A stretch of 64,000 nt of DNA. It comes from Simkaniaceae bacterium (GTDB lineage: Bacteria > Chlamydiota > Chlamydiia > Chlamydiales > Simkaniaceae). Made by a program: the position numbers and the translations under genes. This document shows positions 41,851 to 51,802 of the stretch, piece after piece. The notes beneath the pieces are model-generated. The model had not been told where the DNA came from. It worked only from the letters and a program-made list of their open reading frames with translations, and did no database searches. Each line of letters starts with the position of its first letter. Positions within the stretch are counted from its first letter, which is position 1. The stretch covers positions 1,843 through 65,842 of the forward strand of contig JBFWSA010000005.1 of the NCBI GenBank assembly GCA_050248615.1, in the 5' to 3' direction.

Positions 41851-43401
41851 ATGCAACATTTTAGGCAAAAAATTCATTGGCAAGCGATCCTCGGGCAGAT
41901 GGGGCTCCTACTCCATGTCCCCGGATGCATGGCTTGGATAACAGTGGGGATTTGCTCTCTTTTCCAAGAATGGGATGCCATCCTCCCTTTTGGTGTGACA
42001 GGAGCCCTAGGGATAGGTCTAGGCCAAATTTTGTACCGCGGAAGCCTAAAAGCCCAAGAGGCTCACCTTTGGGATGCCATGGTCATTGCAGCCTTGGGAT
42101 GGATTTTTTGCTCTTTCCTTGCAGCCATCCCTCTTTATTGGGTTTGCCATATACAATTGGCTCAAGGGGTAGAATCCGAAGTGATGCGCGTCTTTTCCCA
42201 CCCCATCAACGCCCTATTCGAAGGTTTTTCAGGTTATACCAGTACAGGCCTTACGATGATGCAACGGGAAGGTCCCTTTCCCCATTGCCTTGAGTGGTGG
42301 CGCTCCTTCTTACAATGGACTGGAGGATTAGGTCTCGTTGTTTTTGTCCTCGCCCTTACCCACCTGAATAAGGAGGGATACCAACTTTATTATGCCGAAG
42401 CACATTCGGAACAAATGTCACGCAATATTAGACAAACAGCTCACCGGATATGGGCGATTTATCTCTGTTACACTTTTGTGGCCTTTCTCCTTTTTTTCAG
42501 TGCAGGGATGCCCCTTTGGGAAGCGATTAACCACGCCATGACAGCCATCTCTACGGGAGGATTTACCGTGACCTCCACGAACTTTCAGGGCTATTCTGCC
42601 GGCATTCAAATCATTGCCCTACTTATCATGGTGATCGGATCTATTAGCTTTGCAGTGCATTTTCAAGTGATCCACGATCGCAACTTGAAAATACTGTGGA
42701 AAAGCCTCCAACACCGCCTTCTCTATCTCTTCGTGATAGGGGGAGGAATTCTCACCCTTCTCCTCAACTTGTGGAATGGAAGTCAAGGGCACTACATGGG
42801 CTCAATTTTTGAGTGGGTCTCAGCCCTCACAACTTGCGGTTATAACGCTGTTTCTCTCTCTTTTTTTAGCCCCATGGTCAAACTTTTGCTCATCATCGGT
42901 ATGTTTATGGGAGGAGCTACAGGTTCTACGGCTGGAGGATTAAAAATCCGCCGCCTCCTTTACCTTGTCAAAGGCATTTACCTTCGCCTCTCTTCCCTAA
43001 CACAAAAAAACGAAAAAGAAATTTTAGAAGAATATAATCCCGCAAAATCTCCCTCTCAAGAAGAACCGCCCGGAACCCTCCTGTTACGCAAAACGCAAAG
43101 TGAGCGGTTAATCACGGCAGAAGTTCTTTTCTCACTCTGGGCTGCAACCATTTTTTTAGGATGGTTTCTGATTTTAAAGTGGACTCCTAAGGGAGGAGCT
43201 CTAGATGCCCTTTTTGAGGTGACCAGTGCTATGAGCAATGTAGGGCTCAGTAGTGGCATTGTTAGCCCCGATTTCTCTACAGCAGGAAAGATTATTTTTA
43301 TGTTGTTGATGTGGGTGGGAAGGCTAGAAATAATTCCCGCACTCGTGTTACTTTTAACTTTACCAATGACGCTTAGAAATAATACCATTTCTGAAAAATA
43401 A
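41851..43401 (+). CDS. trkH: TrkH/KtrB-family potassium uptake membrane protein
   Basis: Polytopic, with repeated pore-loop-like segments (SGYTSTGLTM, AISTGGFTV, ALTTCGYN, MSNVGLSSG). The ATG at 41851 is chosen because the longer ORF begins inside the FB-A element. Confidence 0.85.
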   Translation: MQHFRQKIHWQAILGQMGLLLHVPGCMAWITVGICSLFQEWDAILPFGVTGALGIGLGQILYRGSLKAQEAHLWDAMVIAALGWIFCSFLAAIPLYWVCHIQLAQGVESEVMRVFSHPINALFEGFSGYTSTGLTMMQREGPFPHCLEWWRSFLQWTGGLGLVVFVLALTHLNKEGYQLYYAEAHSEQMSRNIRQTAHRIWAIYLCYTFVAFLLFFSAGMPLWEAINHAMTAISTGGFTVTSTNFQGYSAGIQIIALLIMVIGSISFAVHFQVIHDRNLKILWKSLQHRLLYLFVIGGGILTLLLNLWNGSQGHYMGSIFEWVSALTTCGYNAVSLSFFSPMVKLLLIIGMFMGGATGSTAGGLKIRRLLYLVKGIYLRLSSLTQKNEKEILEEYNPAKSPSQEEPPGTLLLRKTQSERLITAEVLFSLWAATIFLGWFLILKWTPKGGALDALFEVTSAMSNVGLSSGIVSPDFSTAGKIIFMLLMWVGRLEIIPALVLLLTLPMTLRNNTISEK

Positions 43402-43526
43402 AATCGCATTTGGCAAGGAGGCAGCACAAATTTTTGTATCTGGAGCGAGCGACCATTGCCCAGCGGCAAGGCGCGAGTGAAGACTAAAAATTTGTTGCTA
43501 AGTCGACATAGTCAAATGCGACTTTA
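43399..43526. mobile_element. foldback MITE-like element, family FB-F (128 bp including terminal TA)
   Basis: TAAAATCGCATTTGGCAAGGAGGCAGCACAAATTTTTGT...ACAAATTTTTAGTC...CAAATGCGACTTTA with imperfect full-length arms. Its first three bases are the trkH stop TAA. Single copy in this window. Confidence 0.55.
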
Positions 43527-43550
43527 TTTTTGATAAATGGTATAACTCCC

Positions 43551-43763
43551 ATGGAAAGAAGTCCTAAGAACTATATCCTCTCTCTCTTGCTCTGTTTTTT
43601 TCTCGGCACCCTCGGCATCCACCGCTTCTATGTCGGAAAAATCGGCACAGGAATCCTCATGATCCTCACCCTGGGGGGGCTCTACATCTGGCAACTCATC
43701 GATCTCATCCTCATCATCGTGGGGCAGTTCCGCGACAAACAAGGACGCTTCATCAAGCCTTAA
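43551..43763 (+). CDS. TM2 domain-containing small membrane protein
   Basis: CFFLGTLGIHRFYVGKIGTGILMILTLGGLYIWQLIDLILI is the classic TM2 pattern. The start is taken at MERSPK. Confidence 0.8.
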   Translation: MERSPKNYILSLLLCFFLGTLGIHRFYVGKIGTGILMILTLGGLYIWQLIDLILIIVGQFRDKQGRFIKP

Positions 43764-44913
43764 GCTTCTGTTTAATCATTTGGGCAAGATTTATTACAAA
43801 ATCCTCACTCATGAGGGCATTATGGCTTTCTGGAACAAGAATCAATTGCTTCTTATCTTTTGAGCACTCTGTATCTTCAAAAACTTCTTTTGCAAGGGAC
43901 ACTACTCCTGGAATGACATCATCTGTTTCTTTTAGGTCTGTAGCAGAGCGCATGAAATCATCTGACGGGTTTTTCCCTTGCTGAATAATAATCTCAGGAT
44001 GCTCAATTTTTTTAGAAGAGGTCGTCGAGTCATACTCCCAATTAAGGAAATGAATCAGAAATCCCGTTTTATAGGCAATTTCATCTGCAACTCTAGAGAG
44101 TTTCCCAAAGGTCATATGTTTTACAAAAACATATTTCACTTCAGGAGAAAGTTCGAGATCATGGAGGTTTTGTCCCTGAACGCCTCCCCCAATCGAGTGG
44201 CCAAAATCGATCATCTCCTTGGCTCCGAGCTCTGCACGTGCAAAGGCATGCATAGCCGCATGAGAGGCTAGTTCCGCTTCGTGATCGGGCAAAAATCCAC
44301 TACTGGCTCCCACAGCTGCATAGTTATAAAAAAGGATATTGGCTTGAAGCGCTTTAGCTAGGGCAATATAGTCCTCTCTCCCTTCTTCATAAAACTCTCC
44401 ATTCCCTTGAGAAAAGATAATCCACCGTCCATTCGCTAATTGATTTTTATCTCCTATCATCACCGCATCGATCAAGGAGCCATTGGCTTGGATCGGACAC
44501 CGTTTAACCACACATTCCGGAATAGCAGCTAATTTTTCCCTTTCGACATCAAGATCTAATTCACGGATATCACTCAGTAAAGGGATCGTAGCTAGATGGA
44601 CAAGATACCCTGTAACAATGTAGAGATCGTTGTATAGGGCTAAGGGGAGGGTGAGCCCAACAACAGCTTTGGGAAGGGAAGGAAGCTGCATGTAATTTCT
44701 AGAAATCGTTCGGATGCAAAAGGCTGCTATGGTATAGGCTAAAGCTAATGAGGAACCATTAAAAAGGACACTTTTGGAAAGACGGACCCAACTAGAGCCG
44801 TTTTCAAAAACAAAAACAGGTTCTCCCGATGGGGTAGGGGCACAGAGTTCTGCTTTTGTTATCTGGAGATAATCGGGGTTATTAAAAAATGCGTTTGGAC
44901 CGACTAATTCCAT
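43753..44913 (-). CDS. alpha/beta-hydrolase-fold protein with N-terminal hydrophobic segments
   Basis: 386 aa. Nucleophile elbow FGHSIGGG (GxSxG); two hydrophobic helices in the first ~110 aa. Confidence 0.55.
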   Translation of the reverse strand: MELVGPNAFFNNPDYLQITKAELCAPTPSGEPVFVFENGSSWVRLSKSVLFNGSSLALAYTIAAFCIRTISRNYMQLPSLPKAVVGLTLPLALYNDLYIVTGYLVHLATIPLLSDIRELDLDVEREKLAAIPECVVKRCPIQANGSLIDAVMIGDKNQLANGRWIIFSQGNGEFYEEGREDYIALAKALQANILFYNYAAVGASSGFLPDHEAELASHAAMHAFARAELGAKEMIDFGHSIGGGVQGQNLHDLELSPEVKYVFVKHMTFGKLSRVADEIAYKTGFLIHFLNWEYDSTTSSKKIEHPEIIIQQGKNPSDDFMRSATDLKETDDVIPGVVSLAKEVFEDTECSKDKKQLILVPESHNALMSEDFVINLAQMIKQKLKA

Positions 44914-44949
44914 AATAATCCTTTTTTTGGCAAAAATTATACAGAAACG

Positions 44950-45837
44950 ATGGATAAAGTCTTACTTAAAAATATTTCTTCCAAGGGGGTCCCTTTAGAG
45001 GCCACCTTTCTTCCTGACGGGGGGATGAATCTGATTAGCTACCGCCTTGGAGAGATCGAAGTGATCGATCAAAACACCCGTCCTCTTTATAAGGAGAGAA
45101 TGGCGGGACTAGGGGCTCTCATTGGCCCCCACTTCCACCATCGTCAAAAAATTTCTAAAGGATTTGATCCCTCCCTCTTTCCCCATATTGCCCGCGTAAA
45201 AGCTCAAGGGAAGGAGGAACCTTTTTCTCACGGAATCGCCCGCTATGTTCCTTGGAAATATGTCAGTAGTGAAACACAAATCAAAGCTCATCTTCACGGA
45301 AGTGATCTCTATAAGGGGGTCCCCCTCTCTGTTTTTGAAGGGCAAGATTTTAAGATGAGTTATGAAGCGCGCCTTCTAGAGAGTGGGCTTTTCATCGAAT
45401 ACAAAGTGGAAAGTGAGCACCCTTCTGTTGTCGGATTGCACTATTACTATGCCCTTCCAGGAAAAGGGGTTGTTCAAGGAGAAGTGGAACCTACCTATCG
45501 GGATCAAAAAGAATGGAAACCCCTTCCTCAAGAGTGGACAAAAGAGAAACCCACCCATTTGCACTTTACCCTCCCCCAAGAGGCAGACTTCGGATTCATC
45601 CCAGCCAAAAAAACACCTAACGATCACGACTATAAATGGATTCTCGATACAGATACCTATTCTCTCCATTTCGATTTCAACACAGCATCGAATCGGGAGA
45701 TCTCCTGGCAGCTTTTTCATCCCAAAAACACCACCTATGTCTGCATTGAACCTCTCTCTGCGCACTTCCCCCCTGAGCCGCAACTCTCTCGCAGCACTTT
45801 AGAAGTCAAGATCGAGATCTTTTCTCCCCTTCACTAA
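44950..45837 (+). CDS. aldose 1-epimerase-like (galactose mutarotase fold) protein
   Basis: 295 aa. GGMNLISYRLGEIEVID, PFSHGIARYVPW and a late IEPLS motif resemble the aldose-epimerase family. Moderate confidence only. Confidence 0.4.
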   Translation: MDKVLLKNISSKGVPLEATFLPDGGMNLISYRLGEIEVIDQNTRPLYKERMAGLGALIGPHFHHRQKISKGFDPSLFPHIARVKAQGKEEPFSHGIARYVPWKYVSSETQIKAHLHGSDLYKGVPLSVFEGQDFKMSYEARLLESGLFIEYKVESEHPSVVGLHYYYALPGKGVVQGEVEPTYRDQKEWKPLPQEWTKEKPTHLHFTLPQEADFGFIPAKKTPNDHDYKWILDTDTYSLHFDFNTASNREISWQLFHPKNTTYVCIEPLSAHFPPEPQLSRSTLEVKIEIFSPLH

Positions 45838-45873
45838 TATTAGTGAAAGCTTTACAAGAAGGAAAAGTGAGGT

Positions 45874-47490
45874 ATGTGGATGGCAGATAAAAAGCGCATT
45901 GTGATTTTAGGAGCGGGATTTGGGGGAGCCTATACGGCTATGTATTTAGAAAAACACCTAAAAAAACATAAGGATGTCTTTGAAATCTACCTTGTGAACA
46001 GAGAGAATTACTTTGTCTTCCAACCGATGCTCGCTGAGGTTGTCGGAGGCTCTCTAGACCTACTCGACACGATTAACCCCTTAAGAAAACTCCTCCCCAA
46101 AACACACCTCTATGTTCGAGAAGTCGATGCAATTGATCTTGAAAGAAAACAGATTATTCTCTCCCCTAAATACTCTCATACGCCCACTGAAGTGAGCTAT
46201 GATCACCTCGTTTTAGCTCTGGGAAATGTTACCGATTTCAGAGGGACTGCGGGGCTCCATGAACATGCCCTCCCCTTCAAAAACCTAGCCGATAGCATCG
46301 TCATCCGCAATCAGGTGATCGATGTCCTAGAGTCAGCAGCTTGTGAAGAGGACCCAGCCCTGAAACAAAAACTTTTAACGTTTGTTGTAGGAGGAGGAGG
46401 ATTTTCTGGAACAGAGGTTGTCGCCGAGGTCAATGACTTGGTCCATAAGCTTTCTAAACAATACCCTTCGATTCACCACGAAGATATCCGTGTGGTCCTC
46501 GTGCATAGCAAAGAGAGGCTCATGGAACGGGAACTCAGTGAAAGTTTAAGTCGCTATGCAGAAAAACTCCTGAAAAAACGAGGGGTGGAAATCCGCTTTG
46601 GTGCCCATTTGTCCTCTGCAACCCCCGAAGAGGCCATTCTAGATACCGGAGAAAGGATCTGCGCTAAAACCATCATCTCTACTGTCCCTTCTTCTCCTAA
46701 TCCTCTCATTGAAACCCTTCCCCTCCCTTTAGAAAAAGGAAAGATCGTCACAGATGCAGGAATGCAGGTGAAGGAACATCCAGAGATTTGGGCGATTGGA
46801 GATTGCGCTGCCATTCCGAACTTAGAAGGAAAAGGGATCTGCCCTCCAACGGCTCAATTTGCGATTCGGGAAGCAAAAGTCTTAGCCCATAATATCGCAG
46901 CAAGTCTTCTGGGCAGAAAGAAAAAAGAATTTCGCTTTAAAGCGCTTGGGATGATGGGAGCCTTAGGGCACCACTCCGCTGTTGCAGAACTCTTTGGCAA
47001 ATTTAAGTTTTCGGGAATCTGTGCTTGGATCCTCTGGCGGATGATTTACTGGATGAAATTACCAGGCTTTGACCGTAAACTCAAAGTGGCCCTTTCGTGG
47101 ATTCTCGATACGATGATCCCCATCGAAGCCGTTCAGATTAAAACCACTCCGAGTCAAGGCATTGCCCAACTTCACTTTGAAACCGGAGAGATCATTTTCC
47201 ATCAGGATGATGTCGGCGATTATCTTTATATCATCGTGAGTGGAGAAGTCGAAGTCTACGTGACAAAAGAAGGAAAAGATCGGGTGATTGCCAAGCTGGG
47301 TAAAGGAGAATACTTTGGGGAGATGGCCCTTTTAAACCAACGCTCCCGCTTAGCGACCGTCCGCTGTCTCACTCCAGTTGATGTCTTGGCTTTAAGAAAA
47401 AGCGATTTTGGTATTTTGATTTCAAATTTCCAAGAGCTTAGAAAAGATTTTGAGGAAACAGAAAAAACTCGTAGAAGAGAAATTGGATAA
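45874..47490 (+). CDS. ndh: type II NADH dehydrogenase (NDH-2) fused to a C-terminal cyclic-nucleotide-binding domain
   Basis: 538 aa. Two dinucleotide folds (IVILGAGFGGAY, FVVGGGGFSGTE) and GDCAAIP. The C-terminal ~120 aa carry the cNMP-binding signature GEYFGEMALL...RLATV. Confidence 0.8.
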   Translation: MWMADKKRIVILGAGFGGAYTAMYLEKHLKKHKDVFEIYLVNRENYFVFQPMLAEVVGGSLDLLDTINPLRKLLPKTHLYVREVDAIDLERKQIILSPKYSHTPTEVSYDHLVLALGNVTDFRGTAGLHEHALPFKNLADSIVIRNQVIDVLESAACEEDPALKQKLLTFVVGGGGFSGTEVVAEVNDLVHKLSKQYPSIHHEDIRVVLVHSKERLMERELSESLSRYAEKLLKKRGVEIRFGAHLSSATPEEAILDTGERICAKTIISTVPSSPNPLIETLPLPLEKGKIVTDAGMQVKEHPEIWAIGDCAAIPNLEGKGICPPTAQFAIREAKVLAHNIAASLLGRKKKEFRFKALGMMGALGHHSAVAELFGKFKFSGICAWILWRMIYWMKLPGFDRKLKVALSWILDTMIPIEAVQIKTTPSQGIAQLHFETGEIIFHQDDVGDYLYIIVSGEVEVYVTKEGKDRVIAKLGKGEYFGEMALLNQRSRLATVRCLTPVDVLALRKSDFGILISNFQELRKDFEETEKTRRREIG

Positions 47491-47508
47491 CTTTTAAAAT
47501 CTGCGATC

Positions 47509-48159
47509 ATGGAAATTTGGTTAGATACTACAGACATCAAAACGATTCAGTTAGGGCGGAAGCTCGGTGTTTTGTCCGGAGTGACAACAAACCCTTCCCT
47601 GATCTCGGAATCGGGGCATAACTTAGAAGAAGTCTTAAAAGAAATTCTGAAGGCGCAAAGTAAGCCTGTCACTGTTCAAGTCACCGCTCCCGATCATCAA
47701 ACCATTGTTGAACAAGCCGAAACACTCCGCGACTACTCTGAACGTATCATTGTAAAAATTCCCGTGACTCAAGAGGGACTCAAAGCCATGACAGCCCTCT
47801 CCCATCTCCAATTCCCCATCATGGCCACAGCCATCTTTTCCGCAAATCAAGCCCTCTTTGCCTGTCGTGCAGGAGCCAAATATCTTGCTCCCTACTATTC
47901 CCGTATGAACATGCCTTTAGAAACACTTGAAGGAATCAATTTCATCCTCGATCGCTACAACTTTGATGCCAAAATGGTTGTCGCCTCTCTCAAATCTCTA
48001 GAAGATATCCAAGATTGCTTAGATTTTGGAGTCGATGCCGTAACGTTGAAAAAAGAGCTCTTTGAAGAATTTATTGCCGATCATCCCAAAACCTTTGAAA
48101 GTTTAGACCGCTTTTCTCGAGACTGGAAAAAAGCCAAGCCTTCAAAGCTTTTGTCATGA
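47509..48159 (+). CDS. tal: transaldolase, short (fructose-6-phosphate aldolase-like) type
   Basis: 216 aa. MEIWLDTTD, GVTTNPSLI, KIPVT (Schiff-base Lys region). Confidence 0.9.
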   Translation: MEIWLDTTDIKTIQLGRKLGVLSGVTTNPSLISESGHNLEEVLKEILKAQSKPVTVQVTAPDHQTIVEQAETLRDYSERIIVKIPVTQEGLKAMTALSHLQFPIMATAIFSANQALFACRAGAKYLAPYYSRMNMPLETLEGINFILDRYNFDAKMVVASLKSLEDIQDCLDFGVDAVTLKKELFEEFIADHPKTFESLDRFSRDWKKAKPSKLLS

Positions 48160-48769
48160 GAAAAGAAAGCACGCCCCTTGCCGTTACCTTCCCCTAACAG
48201 ACGCCGTCCTTCTGACCTATACGCGCCCTCTTTTCATCCCCATCGTTGTCTATCTTTGGTTCCGCACACCCTGGACTAAAAATACTTGGACAGGAGTAAT
48301 TGTTGGTTTTTTAGGCGTCTTACTCATTTTAAGACCCGATGAGAAGATTTTTGATATTGCCTCTCTTGTAAGACTGGGAGCAGGGATGTTCGGAGCTGTC
48401 GCCTTTACCACCATCCGCCGTTTAACCAAAACAGAACCCTCGGAAAGAATCACCTTTTATTATATGGCCCTTTCCATCCCTTTAGCGGCATTTCCCTTAG
48501 CAAGCAACTGGCAAATGCCCACCCTAATTGAATGGGGATTACTCCTCTTAATCGGAGGGGTCGCCATCATTTATCAGATGTTTCTTTCCCGCGCTTATCG
48601 CCATGCAAAAGCAGTGAAAGTCGGAACGCTTCTCTATTCCAGTGTTGCCTTTGCCTATCTTTTTGATTATATTCTTGGAAACACAGTCCTTCCTTATACG
48701 GCTCTTATTGGAATAGCACTGATTGTGGTCGGATCCATTGTTGCCCTTAGAGATCGGAAACAAACATGA
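48156..48769 (+). pseudogene. EamA/DMT transporter remnant lacking its N-terminal helices
   Basis: The ATG at 48156 gives MRKESTPLAVTFP*. A different frame then reads LPLTDAVLLTYTRPLFIPIVVYLW... through to 48769 (listed ORF from 48386) with no start codon. Total length is about 195 aa versus ~300 for the family (cf. 32198..33142). Confidence 0.5.
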
Positions 48770-49452
48770 AAATCATTGCCCATAGAGGGGCCTCCCAAGA
48801 AGCCCCCGAAAATACCCTTTCCGCCTTTGAAAGAGCTCTCGAATTAGGAGCAGATTGGATTGAGCTGGATGTCCACATGACTCATGACGGCATTCCTGTT
48901 GTGATCCATGATTCCACCATTGCTTGGGAAGAGGACCCTTCAGAACGTTATGCCATCCAAAGTCTGACTTTAGAAGAACTCCAAGAATTTGATTTGGAAA
49001 ATGGCGAAATCGTCCCCACTTTAGAAAGTGTCTTAGAGTTAAACATCCCTGCGATGATCGAAATCAAATGGATGGGCGAGCCCTACATCCCCTACATAGA
49101 GTCTATTCTCCCTTATCTTAAAGGAAAAGATTGTGTGGTTGGATCCCTAAATCCTAAAATCGTTGCCTATTTAAAAACGCATCATTCCCGCACCGTTGGG
49201 ATTGTTAAGACCCCCTCAGATTTAGAGCCCTTCATCCAATTGCAGCCCCCTATCTTAGCCCTCCATCACTCTCTCATTAACAAAAACCTCATTCAAAAAC
49301 TCCATACCCTCAACATCGAAGTCTGGGGCTGGACCATCGACGATCTCATGCAAGCTCGTGCTTTTGAAGCGATGGGACTGGATGGAGTCATCACTAATCA
49401 TGTCCGAGAGTTCCTTCAAATCAGCAAAGATAAGCCTAAAAAAAATAATTGA
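48766..49452 (+). CDS. glycerophosphodiester phosphodiesterase
   Basis: 228 aa. IIAHRGASQEAPENTLSAF and ELDVHMTHDGIPVVIHD motifs. Confidence 0.9.
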   Translation: MKIIAHRGASQEAPENTLSAFERALELGADWIELDVHMTHDGIPVVIHDSTIAWEEDPSERYAIQSLTLEELQEFDLENGEIVPTLESVLELNIPAMIEIKWMGEPYIPYIESILPYLKGKDCVVGSLNPKIVAYLKTHHSRTVGIVKTPSDLEPFIQLQPPILALHHSLINKNLIQKLHTLNIEVWGWTIDDLMQARAFEAMGLDGVITNHVREFLQISKDKPKKNN

Positions 49453-49513
49453 AAATTATTCGAAAATAACGTCCAATGAGCATTTAACATGATTTAATAG
49501 GCCTGGAGGCTGT

Positions 49514-50557
49514 ATGAAAGCTCGACATTTTTTACCCCTGTGCGCATCTATCTTTGCAACTGCGTTTGCACAAGATTCTCCTCCTTCTTATCAAGAAAAT
49601 TGCTCGATTACTCCTCTTGCTCAACCCAATAAATCAAATAGAGTCGTCGATTTTTTCTTCGATGCCGCTTTTATCTATTGGACAGCAAGGCAAGATGGCC
49701 TTGCTTACGCCATTGAAGGGGCTGATTTTAATTTAGTAAACTTTGACACTCAAAGGGGGCCTATTCATGAACCCGATTGGGCCTTTGAACCAGGCTTTAA
49801 GGTCGGAGCAGGATTAAAAATGGAGCATGATGGGTGGGATGTCTATGCAAACTACACCTGGCTTCATAGCTCAGCAAGTGATTCCCTAACAGATCCCGGA
49901 AATTTCCTTCCAACACTCCAAAACGGTGCTTTTATCCTTTTCAACATCATCCCTAATCCTCCAGCAGGAGGAGGTTTTCAATCTGCAAGTGAAACCTGGA
50001 AACACCACTTTAATGTGATTGATTTAGAACTGGGGCGTGACTATTACATTAGCCAGTATCTCACCCTGCGTCCCCATTTTGGTTTCAAAGGGACCTGGCA
50101 AGAACAAGATGTCCGTGTACGGTATTCTTTTGTCGATACCAATCAGTTTAGAGCCCATCAACATCAAGATTCCTGGGGAATTGGAATTCGTACAGGTCTA
50201 AACGCCTGTTGGTTTTTTATCCCTTCCTTTGGCCTCTATGGAGATTTTGCCATCAGTGGTCTCTGGAGTGGATTTAACAATTCCCGAAAAGACGACCGGA
50301 TTTTTCCTGATCAATCGACGCTAAACATCTTAGATACCCATGAGGTGACCCACTCTGTAAAACCCGTGATTGAGTTTGGTTTAGGATTACGCTACCAACT
50401 CCTCTACAATGACGATGACTACCGTTTTCTGATCCAGGCGGGTTGGGAAGAGCAAATTTGGATGGATAACAATCATTTAATCGATTTCGCGCAATATGGA
50501 GAAAAGGGGACGCTCTCCCTCCAAGGATTCACTTTGAAGGTGCGGTTTGACTTCTAA
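49514..50557 (+). CDS. outer-membrane beta-barrel porin, MOMP-like paralog
   Basis: 347 aa. Signal peptide ending AFA-Q, alternating aromatic strands, C-terminal LKVRFDF. Highly similar to the next gene. Confidence 0.65.
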   Translation: MKARHFLPLCASIFATAFAQDSPPSYQENCSITPLAQPNKSNRVVDFFFDAAFIYWTARQDGLAYAIEGADFNLVNFDTQRGPIHEPDWAFEPGFKVGAGLKMEHDGWDVYANYTWLHSSASDSLTDPGNFLPTLQNGAFILFNIIPNPPAGGGFQSASETWKHHFNVIDLELGRDYYISQYLTLRPHFGFKGTWQEQDVRVRYSFVDTNQFRAHQHQDSWGIGIRTGLNACWFFIPSFGLYGDFAISGLWSGFNNSRKDDRIFPDQSTLNILDTHEVTHSVKPVIEFGLGLRYQLLYNDDDYRFLIQAGWEEQIWMDNNHLIDFAQYGEKGTLSLQGFTLKVRFDF

Positions 50558-50581
50558 CAATAAAACAATATCGGAGGCTTT

Positions 50582-51667
50582 ATGAAAGCACACAAACTCC
50601 TCTCACTTGCTGTGGGAATGGCTGCATGCTGCAGTACCACACTCGTTCAAGCTGACGGGCAAAGTCAGCGCGGGATGTATAATCCGCCCCCTTCACAAGG
50701 AGCAGAGCCCCTTCCCATTACCCCAAACGCTGGACCCAAGACCGTTTGGGCAGCAGATCCTTTCTTTACAGTAGACTTTATCTACTGGACACCTAGACAA
50801 GAGGGTCTAGCCTACGCCATTGAAGGGATCGACTTTGGTGCTGTACCAATAGATACTAATAAAGGCCCTATTCATGAGCCTGACTTTGGTTTTGATCCCG
50901 GCTTTAAGGTAGGAGCAGGTGTCACCATGCAACACGATGGATGGGATGTCTATGCAAACTACACCTGGATCCATAGCACCGCAACAGACAGTGTGACCGA
51001 TGTCAATGGTTTCCTCCCCACACTACCAAACTTTCTGTTCATTTTCTTTAACCTTACCAACCCTCAGCCTCCCATTACAGGAGATCTGTTTAAAGGAAAA
51101 ACATCTTGGACGCTCCACTATAATACCATCGATCTCGAGCTAGGAAGAAACTACTACATCAGCCGCTTCCTAACCTTGCGTCCCCATATCGGACTTAAAG
51201 GGACCTGGCAAGATCAAGATCTCCGTACTAGCTACCACATCACAGATGGCAATGTGATCTCCATTCATAACCATCAGGATTATTATGGAGTGGGTGTACG
51301 AGCCGGGTTAAATACCTGCTGGTATTTTATTAAATCGTTTGGCCTTTATGGAGATTTTGCCCTTACCGGAATGTGGAGTGGTTCGACGAATTTTAGGAAT
51401 GACAAACGTCATGCTCCTGATGATACCGTTCAAGCCTTTTTAGAAACGCACCAAGTGAGCCACTCTGTGAAGCCTGTCTTTGAGTTTGGTATTGGCCTCC
51501 GCTATGAATACCTCTACAACGATGATGACTTCCGCTTCCTCATTCAAGCTGGATGGGAAGAGCAAATCTGGGTGGGAAATAACCAGTTTATCGACATTGC
51601 GGAATATGGAGATAAAGGGAATCTCACTCTCCAAGGTCTTACTCTAAAAGTCCGTTTTGACTTTTAA
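50582..51667 (+). CDS. outer-membrane beta-barrel porin, MOMP-like paralog
   Basis: 361 aa. Signal peptide ending VQA-D. Long identical blocks with 49514..50557 (GPIHEPD, GFKVGAG, HDGWDVYANYTW, FLIQAGWEEQIW, LKVRFDF). Confidence 0.65.
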   Translation: MKAHKLLSLAVGMAACCSTTLVQADGQSQRGMYNPPPSQGAEPLPITPNAGPKTVWAADPFFTVDFIYWTPRQEGLAYAIEGIDFGAVPIDTNKGPIHEPDFGFDPGFKVGAGVTMQHDGWDVYANYTWIHSTATDSVTDVNGFLPTLPNFLFIFFNLTNPQPPITGDLFKGKTSWTLHYNTIDLELGRNYYISRFLTLRPHIGLKGTWQDQDLRTSYHITDGNVISIHNHQDYYGVGVRAGLNTCWYFIKSFGLYGDFALTGMWSGSTNFRNDKRHAPDDTVQAFLETHQVSHSVKPVFEFGIGLRYEYLYNDDDFRFLIQAGWEEQIWVGNNQFIDIAEYGDKGNLTLQGLTLKVRFDF

Positions 51668-51696
51668 ATTTTTTCCTAAACAAGAAATGATATGAG

Positions 51697-51726
51697 GGCC
51701 CAGCCATTCGGCTGGGCTTTTTTTTA
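51697..51726 (+). terminator. rho-independent terminator of the porin tandem
   Basis: GGCCCAGCC-attc-GGCTGGGC followed by a run of eight or more T. Confidence 0.8.
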
Positions 51727-51802
51727 ATTTTTTTTATTAATAATAAAAAAAACAGAAAATGTTATAATTGTATTACTGAACCATAAAATACTGGAGGGTA
51801 CT

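Noticed and set aside
43524-43742. Acidic ORF (DDEDEIDELPD...) on the minus strand
   Set aside because: It is the antisense shadow of the TM2-domain gene, which has a textbook motif. There is no independent support.
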